Assembly: GCA_977020255.1 (NCBI GenBank)
Contig: CDROCS010001054.1
Coordinates: 496,001-560,000, forward strand
Source of the DNA: Obrimoposthia wandeli
Lineage: Eukaryota
Direction: 5' to 3'
DNA: 64,000 nucleotides
Made by a program: the position numbers and the translations under genes. The notes under the pieces were generated by a model. The model had not been told where the DNA came from and searched no databases. It worked only from the letters and a program-made list of their open reading frames with translations. This document shows positions 11,550 to 20,819 of this stretch, one piece after another. The first letter of the stretch is position 1. Every line of letters starts with the position of its first letter.

Positions 11550-11879
11550 TTATGAACGTGTCGCAGCTATAATACTACTGATAATTGAAGCAACAACTGG
11601 AATAACAGCCCCTATGAAACCACCATTCTGTTTAAGAATAATATTTCGTTTCTCTTTTTTACTTTTTACATTAGCAATATCTAGAAGAGTTTTTCTATAT
11701 TTCTTTAATATATTTTTCCGATTTCCAACTTTTACTCGACCCAAAACTATATTATACAAAACTTCCAATAAATCATCTACAACAAAGGATGGAAATGCTT
11801 TAAGAATAATCATTCTCTTATTAGAAGAGGCTTTGACTAAAGCTTTAAAATAGGGTATGCTTCTTTGTATTTTCTTCAT
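11550..11879 (-). CDS. Conserved basic Polinton protein (PW-like) ending in QNGG plus an amphipathic helix
   Basis: Intact 109 aa, basic, ending LKQNGGFIGAVIPVVASIISSIIAATRS. A near-identical intact copy lies at 19124-19453. Confidence 0.8.
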   Translation of the reverse strand: MKKIQRSIPYFKALVKASSNKRMIILKAFPSFVVDDLLEVLYNIVLGRVKVGNRKNILKKYRKTLLDIANVKSKKEKRNIILKQNGGFIGAVIPVVASIISSIIAATRS

Positions 11880-11910
11880 TTTAATAAAAAAGGTTCAATT
11901 TAAATATTGT

Positions 11911-12052
11911 TTATATTCGAAGCCATTTAAGTTTTTTTTTATTTTAAACTACAGATTTGATTAATTTATTCACTTCTTTTATTCTTAATGATTCTTTTTT
12001 TTGATTTCTTAGATTTTACTTTACGTTTTACTATCAACTTTGTAAAAGGCAT
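11911..12052 (-). pseudogene. Short very basic peptide (~46-48 aa), frameshifted
   Basis: Consensus of A and D (18950-19095): MPFTKLIVK(HK)RKVKSKKSKKRIVKKKEVNKLIKSVVRNKRKLKWLRI*. Each copy has different lesions. Confidence 0.5.
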
Positions 12053-12059
12053 TGCGAAT

Positions 12060-12707
12060 TTATTTTTTATAATTGTTCTCTATTTGTTTATAAACAGTTA
12101 CTCCCTTAGAATTAAATATGTCTGTTAAAACACGTAAATCATCTGGGCAAGCTTGTGTAAAGTCAATAAATATATACCCATGTGCTTGTTTAGCAGCATC
12201 GTGGAATGAATCAACTAGAAAGTTCTTATTTTGAGGAAATGCCTGTCTGGCCACAAAATCAACAACTGTTTGATCTCTAGGATTTTTAAATAAAACTAAG
12301 TAATGTACATTAAGATTTCTTGTTCTATGGTGACCTCCTTGGGGAAACAGATTTTGAGTGATAAATATAACTGTTACTTCACGATGTCTTGCAATCTTTG
12401 TAGATAAATTATTAAAGTCCGATTCCTTGTTAGCCTCCTCATACAAATCATCAATTATTATTACATCTTCTTTTTTCAATCTTTCACACCAATTTGCATC
12501 AAATCCTTCAATAAATTTTATTCCCTTCAACTTGCAAACTTCTGTTTTGGTTAACCCGCTTTCCCCTCCTCCGCCATGATGCCAATAAATATTTTTGAAA
12601 CTAGATTTGAAAAGAGATTCATTTTGCAACAATTTACAGACGAAATGTGTCTTTCCACTTCCACTAGGGCCAAATATTTGAAATACAGCATTATTATTTA
12701 GCTCCAT
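12060..12707 (-). CDS. A32/FtsK-HerA-like packaging ATPase
   Basis: Walker A GPSGSGKT, Walker B VIIIDD, then ARH...FITQNLF and YLVLFKNPRD; intact 215 aa. Confidence 0.95.
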   Translation of the reverse strand: MELNNNAVFQIFGPSGSGKTHFVCKLLQNESLFKSSFKNIYWHHGGGGESGLTKTEVCKLKGIKFIEGFDANWCERLKKEDVIIIDDLYEEANKESDFNNLSTKIARHREVTVIFITQNLFPQGGHHRTRNLNVHYLVLFKNPRDQTVVDFVARQAFPQNKNFLVDSFHDAAKQAHGYIFIDFTQACPDDLRVLTDIFNSKGVTVYKQIENNYKK

Positions 12708-12744
12708 TGCATATACTCTTTCATTTTTAATATTGTTTATATTA

Positions 12745-13017
12745 TCATAGAAGTTTCCTTATTGAAATGTACAATGTTAGAGCTATTGTAGATGAAATAC
12801 AAAAATTAATTAATGAATATTTGGCTATAATTTTATTTATTTGTGTACGATTTCTAAATTCTCGAATAACGTGTGATCTAACCAATATTTCAATGTTATC
12901 TCTTGTTATATCATTATTTTTTAATTCTGATAAAATTTCTTTACCCCTAATTTTTCCAGAAAATATTTCGTCGGCAAGCCGATCCACTTCATTGTCTCTA
13001 TTTATAGTATTATTCAT
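12745..13017 (-). CDS. Hypothetical 90-aa protein with hydrophobic C-terminus
   Basis: Intact ORF co-oriented between the TBP-like gene and the ATPase; C-terminus SLINFCISSTIALTLYISI. Confidence 0.5.
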   Translation of the reverse strand: MNNTINRDNEVDRLADEIFSGKIRGKEILSELKNNDITRDNIEILVRSHVIREFRNRTQINKIIAKYSLINFCISSTIALTLYISIRKLL

Positions 13018-13045
13018 TCAAAACAATAAGTTTAAACGGGTTTGT

Positions 13046-13545
13046 TTATAGAAAAGATAACAAGATGTAATAAGATATATTTTCTAAAATCAAATCAACA
13101 ATGTTTGGATAATCAAAAATTTTCAATCCCAATATCATAACTTTACCACTAGAAAATATATTTACACATAGCGGTTTAAACTTCAAATAACTGAGAGCAG
13201 GAAAAATTTCTGGTTCAAACATGCATTTTTCTTTCATTTTCTCTGCAGTTTTAAAAAGATTTATCTGTTTCCCGAGATTAGCCGAAATCGTGATTGATTG
13301 TATTGCAGTGATTTGAATTCCAAATGGTAAATTGAACCCAAGCATTGGTATTTTGCATCCCATAACACGACAATTTCCTAAAGAATTCAATATGAAAATA
13401 AAATAAAAAACTAACCTGTAGGAAAAATAACAACTGTGAAATTGTCAAACTTTTCTACATATTGTCTCGGCTTCCATTCATTGAATGGTAAGTACGAAAC
13501 ATCATCTTCTGTTCTACCTTTATAATTTATATTTACGAGTTTCAT
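13046..13545 (-). CDS. TATA-binding-protein (TBP)-like protein, 2 exons, 153 aa
   Basis: Exons 13545-13416 and 13377-13046 (38-nt phase-1 intron). Repeat 1: KLVNINYKG...VVIFPTGNCRVMGCK. Repeat 2: IQSITISANLGKQINL...FEPEIFPALSY...IFSSGKVMILGLK, matching the TBP signature YEPELFPGL...IFxSGKxVxTGAK. Confidence 0.85.
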
Positions 13546-13639
13546 TAGACTGAAATTGTATTCTGTAAAATCTTCTTTATATATGTCTGAACCTGCTTTT
13601 TATTGCACGTTTCTTGTAATTATCTTGCAAACCTATTAT

Positions 13640-13792
13640 AATTGGATGATATATTTCTTCCAATCAATTTTGATTTTAATATAGATTTAGTCCAATCAAA
13701 TTCAATGCTTTAGTTATATTAACCAATGAGATTCATGTCTTTGTTAGAAATTAGTATAAAAGAATGCGCCATTGGAGGACAAATCACAGTAA
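13640..13792. promoter_or_regulatory. Putative bidirectional promoter between the TBP-like gene and the plus-strand paralog pair
   Basis: Several CCAAT motifs at 13650-13730, TTAGTATAAAAG at 13751 and ATTGGAGGA at 13771. The TATA motif is conserved at 34752. Confidence 0.55.
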
Positions 13793-14269
13793 ATGCATTC
13801 ATATCAAAGACAATTATCAACGATGGACAATAGCCAAAGGGTATTAAGCGATGACGAAGAAATGTTTGAAGAATCGGATAAGGATATGTATGAAGAAGTG
13901 AAACAATATTTCAAATACAAAGTCAGATTCTTGAAGAAGGCTCAACTGATTGCTTTAGTAAATCCTGTGACAATTGAAAGAAGAAAGTTCAGCTACTATC
14001 TATCAGGTATTCAAAAACCTGATTTTCAATATCTTAAACAGAAAGTTGAAAAGGCAGTTCCAAATTTTACTTTCAATAAGAACAAATTTTATATCCGAGG
14101 AGCTGATGAAGCATTTCTAGATGACTATGGAAGATATGTTGATATTGATGCGTTTCCGAAAAAGAAGCAATGGACTCTAACAATTCGACTTTATGGTTAC
14201 AAGAAAGATGAAATGGGAACAAAGTTGCCTATGTGAAAAATTGAACGTGCTCATATTTCTATGTTTTAA
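13793..14269 (+). pseudogene. Hypothetical protein, paralog 1 (premature TGA at 14234)
   Basis: The related copy at ~35240 has TGG at this codon. The restored end is WTLTIRLYGY...LPMWKIERAHISMF. Confidence 0.7.
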
Positions 14270-14404
14270 CTTTTTGTGTGTAATAAATTGTAATCGGTTT
14301 TACTATGTTTCTTTCATTTAATAATCAGTTTTATTTGTATCTTATTTGTATCTTATATGTATTTTTTTATAAACATTGTTTTTAATCTGTTTCCTTATTT
14401 TAGA

Positions 14405-14818
14405 ATGGATAAGAGATGTGTAGCAAATTTTTATTATCCAGAAAGAATTTCAAAAGGAAAACTATGTAATATATTAAAGAGGCATCAAATTATACGAGTT
14501 ATGAATCCTGTGAAAATATCAAAAGTGCAGAATATATATCTCATCGAAATTTTAACAACAACTGATATTGATCAATTGAAAAATATTTTGGGATTTTACA
14601 TTCCTGATTATGTATATGAAGGAAATTGTTTCCAGCTTGAAACTGATCCCGGTCTGGATTTTAAAGATGATCTAGGATATTTGATTGCTCCAATTCTAGA
14701 TGAAGAACTATGGAATATCTCAATACGTCTCAATGGATATTTTGCTGATGACTGGAAAATGCAGCCTCTCTGGACTTTGAGTGAAGCCAATATGTTTAAT
14801 AAATATTTTGAAAAATAA
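14405..14818 (+). CDS. Hypothetical protein, paralog 2
   Basis: Intact; C-terminal WNISIRLNGY...QPLWTLSEANMF resembles paralog 1. A homolog lies at 35466-35870. Confidence 0.7.
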   Translation: MDKRCVANFYYPERISKGKLCNILKRHQIIRVMNPVKISKVQNIYLIEILTTTDIDQLKNILGFYIPDYVYEGNCFQLETDPGLDFKDDLGYLIAPILDEELWNISIRLNGYFADDWKMQPLWTLSEANMFNKYFEK

Positions 14819-15059
14819 TTTTGTCTCGTATTTTGTTTTTTACTCCTCTAAATTATATAGATCTGACCGATTTTTGTCCTCTTAATTCTAAAACTGACAT
14901 AGATATTTAACATGTAGTAATTTATTAATCTAAAATCTTTCTTAAAAATAGTAGTAATATTTGAAATCTCGTCTGCGAAAAGCCGCCGGGGTCAATATGG
15001 ATTCTCGTGGTCTTCTCTAACCACTTTTGAGATTCGTGGTAAATTTTTTTTTAAATGTG

Positions 15060-15310
15060 GTGGGTGGGGAGGGGGTACCCCCCTCCCTTCCCCCTTTGGG
15101 TGGGATGAAGACACACATACACGAAATTTCACTCCACACACATGCACGAAATTTCAACACACACACATGTTCGGTTTTAAAGGACAGTAGGGGGGGTACC
15201 CCCTTCCTTCCCCCTTTGGGTGGAATGGAGACACACATACACGAAATTTCACTCCACACACCTACACGAAATTTCACTCCACACACATGCACGGTTTTAA
15301 AGGACAGTGG
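15060..15310. repeat. Subterminal ~120-bp tandem duplication with CACGAAATTTCACTCCACACAC sub-repeats and GGGGGTACCCCC palindromes
   Basis: Two units each contain GGGGTACCCC...CCCCTTTGGGTGG...CACGAAATTTCA...GGTTTTAAAGGACAGT. Confidence 0.85.
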
Positions 15311-15351
15311 AGGGAGGGGGGTGTGGATTAGACCGGACACTTCCACCTACT
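15256..15351 (-). repeat. Right terminal inverted repeat of Polinton A
   Basis: Reverse complement of 157-251, followed by TSD TCTGTA. Confidence 0.95.
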
Positions 15352-15357
15352 TCTGTA

Positions 15358-18214
15358 TTATATTTGAATACATTTATACTCAAGTTATTCATGTGTTCAA
15401 ATCTTGATATCGCAATTAATTTAACAGGAAAATCTATTCGATGATACTGCGATTCATTAAAAAGGTTATATTTACTGACACGCTCTCTGTGCTCAGTAAT
15501 TATACTTATCTTGAGGATGGTCAACACGCTATACAGAAAGCAAAGGTTATCACTATTTTGCATGTTAACAATATAACTTGAGAGTTGAAGATATCTAGAT
15601 CAAGAAATGTATAAACTCTTTGAAAGATAAATCATATCCGTGAACTTTGTTAAAACAAAGCTAACATCGTGAATTCTAACTAGAATTCCACTAGTTAACT
15701 CGCTTTAATTAGCACCTTTTTCAAATAAATTTCTTTCAATCTCAGTTACAAAGCTATTGTAGAAAACAGTAGCTTTATGTAAAATTAACCAAGTTTTAGT
15801 TTTCTCATTGACATTTTTAAACTGCACTGTTGCACAAAACTGCACTTTAGCCTGACCTAATTTCGTCACTTCTGATTTTAAAAGATTCTCAATATTTGAA
15901 TTTACACCTACGTTCAATAAAATTTCATTTCCCATGGGAACCTTAACTATAACGTATTTGTTATTTAGGTGATACTCAATAGTAGCACCATTTTCCTACG
16001 TTTTTTGGTGGTGCTTTATTAGACATTGGCATCTTCTCTTTCTACCTACCATCGCCGACAAACCTATCTCTAATTGAACAGGAAATCCACTAGTTTTATT
16101 GTTTAGGAGTCCTGCTGCTGTTGATGTTGTCAGTGATGTTGTTGAAGTTGAGGCTACAATGGCTAATGTAGACGATGCTGATGAGGATGCTGCGCCGGAT
16201 GTTGAAGCTACAGCGGCTGTGGATGCTTTGGCTGAAGACATGGTTAGGGTCTCTATGGATGCTGATACAGAAGATACTGGTGCTGCCAGCAACGATGATG
16301 TTATTGAAGACGCAGCTGTTTAGAAAATAAATATATTATATAATTTAAAGTGAGTTACTTCTTAAGTCAGTCAACCTTGACCTGGACGCTACTATCGTTG
16401 ATCGAGGCATTTGAGTTGATGACGCTGAACCTCGGGATTCGGCTACTCTGGAGGCCGATGATGTAGATAATGCAACTGCTGAACAAAATATATTAATTAA
16501 ATTATATTTATTTTAAACATTGCCTTTGAAGCCTGCAAACATTGACGCAGGCACTCGCACTGAAGGGGACATCGCAGCCGTAGTAGGTGAAGTTGTTGAA
16601 GAAATTCCTAATGAAAATATAAAATAATAAATAATTTATATTACTTATTTAATTCTAATTTTTTAAAAAATCATAACGAAGAATTACCTGTAAAACCTAA
16701 TGAAGTCTATCCAACTGTAGCTTGTTGGGGAAAAAAGTCTTCTTCGTTGACGGCATCCATTTAGCTGTCATCGTCAACTAAAAATCGGATTAGTCGATTC
16801 TGTCTAATCAGCTGTTGTCAATCTATTGCGTTGAAGTCTGCTCCATCTCTAAACCAGACTGGGTGATTTGATCCATTCCGTCGTTTTTCGATAGTTGAGT
16901 TGTTGGTGTAGTGGTTTCCTTCTCAAATGAGCTTGGCAGATGACCTCCATTCGCTCATTGTTGGTCAGTTGAGTGGATGATTCAGAAGTAGGCATGGTAA
17001 CCAGGGAAGCGACAGACTGGACTATTTCAGGATCAAAAGCAGGCTTGAAGCTAACTGCTAGTTCTGGAACTGGAACAAAATCATTCGAAGGATTGCGCAC
17101 CAACTGGATAAATCTATTCTTCTTGTTGTTTGGCCCCGTTTAGCGAAGAAAACCAAATACTCCTTGTCCTTTACCGTTCGGTAGAATAGGCATACGTAAA
17201 CATTTCACGAAGTCATCATCAGGATCATACTTATCGATATCCCCCGACTTACTGGGCGAGGTTTATGAGATACCGGCAGATTCTTCTTCGTTCGGTCAGG
17301 TTTCTTTTTCGGCTGCACTACTACCGATTTCTGTGCAGCATTTGTCGTTCCAGAATGCTTTGGGAGGATTGGTCTCAACATTTGGGAGGCATTGCAGTCG
17401 AAGTAGATGCCCCGGCTGATGAAATTGACAGCTGAGGTATTGAAGCTACGGTTTTCTTCTTCTTTTGTGTTTGCTTCTTTTTGTCCTTCTCACGCTCCAG
17501 CTGCCGTGCTCCTGCATTCTGTTGTCGATTGAAAACTGGATACATGGCTGTTGGTTGCGGGTGCAGGGTCTCTAGTTCCGCCATTAATTTACCCAAATTA
17601 GCATCGAGTCAGGCCCTCTTCAAATTCTGACTTGTAGATGTCACAAGAAGAAGAGATGTTTCCATATCCTTCTAAGCTCGCGCACAGGTTTTGACTGAGA
17701 CTGTATGACTGCTGAATAACCAGTGATGGTGGCGACGGAGTACAATTCCCCAGCAATGTCTCCTACAGATGACGCTGGCTTGGATGAGGAGTTATCTCAA
17801 TAGGAGCAACTGTGATCTTCGTGTATATGATCGGCTCATCTTCTAACGGCGAAGCAAGATTATCCTGCTGTAAAATCAACACCTAGGCAGAAGCGAGCAG
17901 GCTGGTGGTCATCTTCCTCCTCTTCTTATTGTGCACTACCGTCTGCTACTTACACATTGGTGCGATATAATTAGCCTCTCCCATTAGCTTCTCCAGTTAC
18001 TGATTTGGGTCATGCATTAGAAAAAACACACATATATATATATATTTTAATAAATTACCTCTATAACTGATAAGTTTGCATGTTTCACCAATTTCACTTT
18101 TTTGCTTCGGACTGTCTTCGTCGTCACCTTGAGTCTCATTAACCTCTGCACCACTGCATGTTTCTGGTCAGTCGGTATTATAGGAGTAGCCTCTTCCAGA
18201 ACCTTCTCCGCGTG
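15358..18214 (-). mobile_element. Polinton copy B, decayed, reverse orientation: pPolB 5' exons and gene 1 3' exons
   Basis: Homologous to A 4000-5470 and A 1100-1800. The intervening genes are deleted, and the copy is cut at 18214 by copy D. Confidence 0.88.
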
Positions 18215-18384
18215 AGTAAGTGGATATGTTCGGTCCAATCCACCCCTTCCCCTCCCTCGGGGGCTACCACTGTCCTTTAAACCCGTGTATGTGTGTGGAG
18301 TGAAATATTTGATAAAAAGCAACAAAAAGGGGGGCCTCCCACCAAAAAAAACGCCCCTTTGGGCGCCCCGGCTGCACCCCTCTC

Positions 18385-18935
18385 ATTTGAGCAAAATAAA
18401 TATCTTTTCAATTCTAGTTTCAAAAATATTTATTGGCATCATGATGGAGGAGGAGAAAGTGGATTAACCAAAACAGAGGTTTGCAAGTTGAAGGGAATAA
18501 AATTTATTGAAGGATTTGATGCAAATTGGTGTGAAAGATTGAAAAAAGAAGATGTAATAATAATTGATGATTTGTATGAGGAGGCTAACAAGGAATCGGA
18601 CTTTAATAATTTATCTACAAAGATTGCAAGACATCGTGAAGTAATAGTTATATTTATCACTCAAAATCTTTTTCACCAAGGAGGTCATCATAGAACAAGA
18701 AATATTAAAGTACATTACTTAGTTTTATTTAAAAATCTTAAAGATCAAACAGTTGTAGATTTCATAGCCAGACAGGCATTTCCACGAAATAAGAACTTTC
18801 TAGAACTGCTAAACAAGCACATAGGTATATATTTATTGACTTTACACAAGCGTACACAGATGATTTACGTGTTTTAACAGACATATTTAATTCTAAGTGA
18901 GTAACTGTTTATAAACAAATAGAGAACAATTATAA
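18385..18935 (+). pseudogene. Packaging ATPase of copy D, Walker A deleted
   Basis: VIIIDD and FITQNLF are present; the N-terminus is replaced by subterminal DNA. Confidence 0.9.
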
Positions 18936-19123
18936 AAACCAAATTTGCAATGCCTTTTAAAAGTTGATAGTGAAACATAAACGTAAAGTAAAATCTAAGA
19001 AATGAAAAAAAAGAATCGTTAAGAAAAAAGAAGTGAATAAATTAATCAAATCTGTAGTTAGAAATAAAAGAAAACTTAAATGGCTTCGAATATAAACAAT
19101 ATTCAAAGTGAACTTTTTTTAAA

Positions 19124-19453
19124 ATGAAGAAAATACAAAGTAGCATACCCTATTTTAAAGCTTTAGTCAAAGCCTCTTCTAATAAGAGAATGATTATTCT
19201 TAAAGCATTTCCATCCTTTGTTGTAGATGATTTATTGGAAGTTTTGTATAATATAGTTTTGGGTCGAGTAAAAGTTGGAAATCGGAAAAATATATTAAAG
19301 AAATATAGAAAAACTCTTCTAGATATTGCTAATGTAAAAAGTAAAAAAGAGAAACGAAATATTATTCTTAAACAGAATGGTGGTTTCATAGGGGCTGTTA
19401 TTCCAGTTGTTGCTTCAATTATCAGTAGTATTATAGCTGCGACACGTTCATAA
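19124..19453 (+). CDS. PW-like basic protein of copy D
   Basis: One amino-acid difference from A 11550-11879. Confidence 0.8.
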   Translation: MKKIQSSIPYFKALVKASSNKRMIILKAFPSFVVDDLLEVLYNIVLGRVKVGNRKNILKKYRKTLLDIANVKSKKEKRNIILKQNGGFIGAVIPVVASIISSIIAATRS

Positions 19454-19539
19454 ACAATTATTTCTAAAATCAGCTAAAGATATGGGTGCTAGCCCTTCTT
19501 TACCTAAACTTAAATTTTCTTTCTATTCAAATTGTTGTA

Positions 19540-20567
19540 ATGGAGAAGATATGGTTCAATCCAAAAGATCCAATTGGCTACACAGGAGTTTCAAAATTAG
19601 CAAAAAGAACAAAACAAAAATACAATAAAACGCAGAAATGGCTGAGCAACCAGTTAGCCTACAGTCTGAACAAACCGATGAGAAGAAGGTTTCCAACTAG
19701 AGCTTACAAAACCAGCGGTCCTAATAATTTATGGCAAATGGTTTTGATAGAGATGATCCCATATTCTTCCATTAATAAGGGATAATGATATATTTTAACA
19801 TGTATTGATGTATTTAGCAGGTTTGCTTGTGTAATTCCAGTTAAAGCAAAGTCTTCAATAGCTATGCTTGAAGCCATTAAAGAAATATTAAAAGAGGACA
19901 TTCCACAAAATATGCAAACTGATTTAGGAAAAGAATTTTATAATAAGCAAGTTTAATCATTATTTAAACAAAATAATATAAATCACTATTCTGTGTTTTC
20001 ACAGTACAAAGCAGCAGTAGTAGAAAGATTTAATCGTACTTTAAGAGATCGAATAAAAAAGTATTTTACAAAAGAAGGAAATAAAAAATGGATCCAAGTT
20101 TTGCCTAAAATAATACATGCATATAATCACTCTGAACATAGAAGTTTTAAGGGAATGAGACCTGTTGATGTTACTGATAAAAACTCTATGGATATTTGGA
20201 TAGGTAGGAATAAAAAAGAAAATATTAAAAAAGCTAAATATAAGAAAAACGAATATGTTCGAATTTCGAAAATTAGCTCTACTCCATTTATTAAAAACTT
20301 TGATCAGAATTGGAGCGATGAAATATTTTGTATAAGTAAAATTGATCAAAAGAGTAATCCAATAATGTATACTATTAAAGATGCAGACAATAATATCGTT
20401 CACGGTAAATTTACGAGCAAGAACTACAAGTAATATCAAATAAACTTAGCGTTTTCCGTATTCAAAAAATATTAAAATCTAAGGGTACAGGTAAACATAA
20501 ACAATACTTTGTTAAATGGCATGGTTATTCAGATCCAACTTGGATATCAGAATCTAATATAATATGA
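19540..20567 (+). pseudogene. Integrase with chromodomain, copy D
   Basis: Same motifs as in A; stops at ~19783-19788 and ~19954; frameshift at ~20412. Confidence 0.92.
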
Positions 20568-20819
20568 AATCTATGTATATGGTTTTACCTAGTAACGGAT
20601 GCCCGAAGATTCTGCCGTATAATGACGCTAGTAACTTTATTATCGATAAGGAAAATCCTATAAATCTCGAAGGAGATTGGGAAGCACCTATAACATAATT
20701 GTCTTTTTATTATTCTCTAATTACTATCAGAAAATACTCACATATTTCGTTTATAAAATAAATGAATTATGAAAAAACAAAAAAATGTTATGATCGGGTT
20801 TGATAGTAAAGGAAAATTT

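Larger units (their letters stand above)
157..15351 (+). mobile_element. Polinton/Maverick copy A, near full length (15.2 kb), decayed
   Basis: Starts AGTAGGTGGATGTGTCCGGTCTAATCCAC at 157 and ends with the reverse complement ...GGACACTTCCACCTACT at 15351. TCTGTA is duplicated at 151-156 and 15352-15357 (6-bp TSD). Contains pPolB, protease, MCP, penton, integrase and ATPase. Confidence 0.97.
18215..20815 (-). mobile_element. Polinton copy D: terminus joined by deletion to ATPase, PW, integrase and penton 5' part
   Basis: Starts AGTAAGTGGATATGTTCGGTCCAATCCAC at 18215 (TIR-like). 18385-20815 is highly similar to the reverse complement of A 10190-12640. The other terminus was not found. Confidence 0.9.

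Noticed and set aside
11102-12579. Plus-strand ORFs 11102, 11614 and 12358 (and mirrors 18439, 19150, 19704, 20041)
   Set aside because: Antisense shadows of integrase, PW and ATPase with no independent motifs.
2396-14236. Alternative genetic code (TGA=Trp), suggested by TGA at Trp positions
   Set aside because: TAA, TAG and frameshifts also interrupt genes, the related copy has TGG at the 14234-equivalent codon, and CHMP4 reads normally. These are ordinary G-to-A mutations.
15017-15563. ORFs across the right TIR
   Set aside because: Products of repeats and of the A/B junction.
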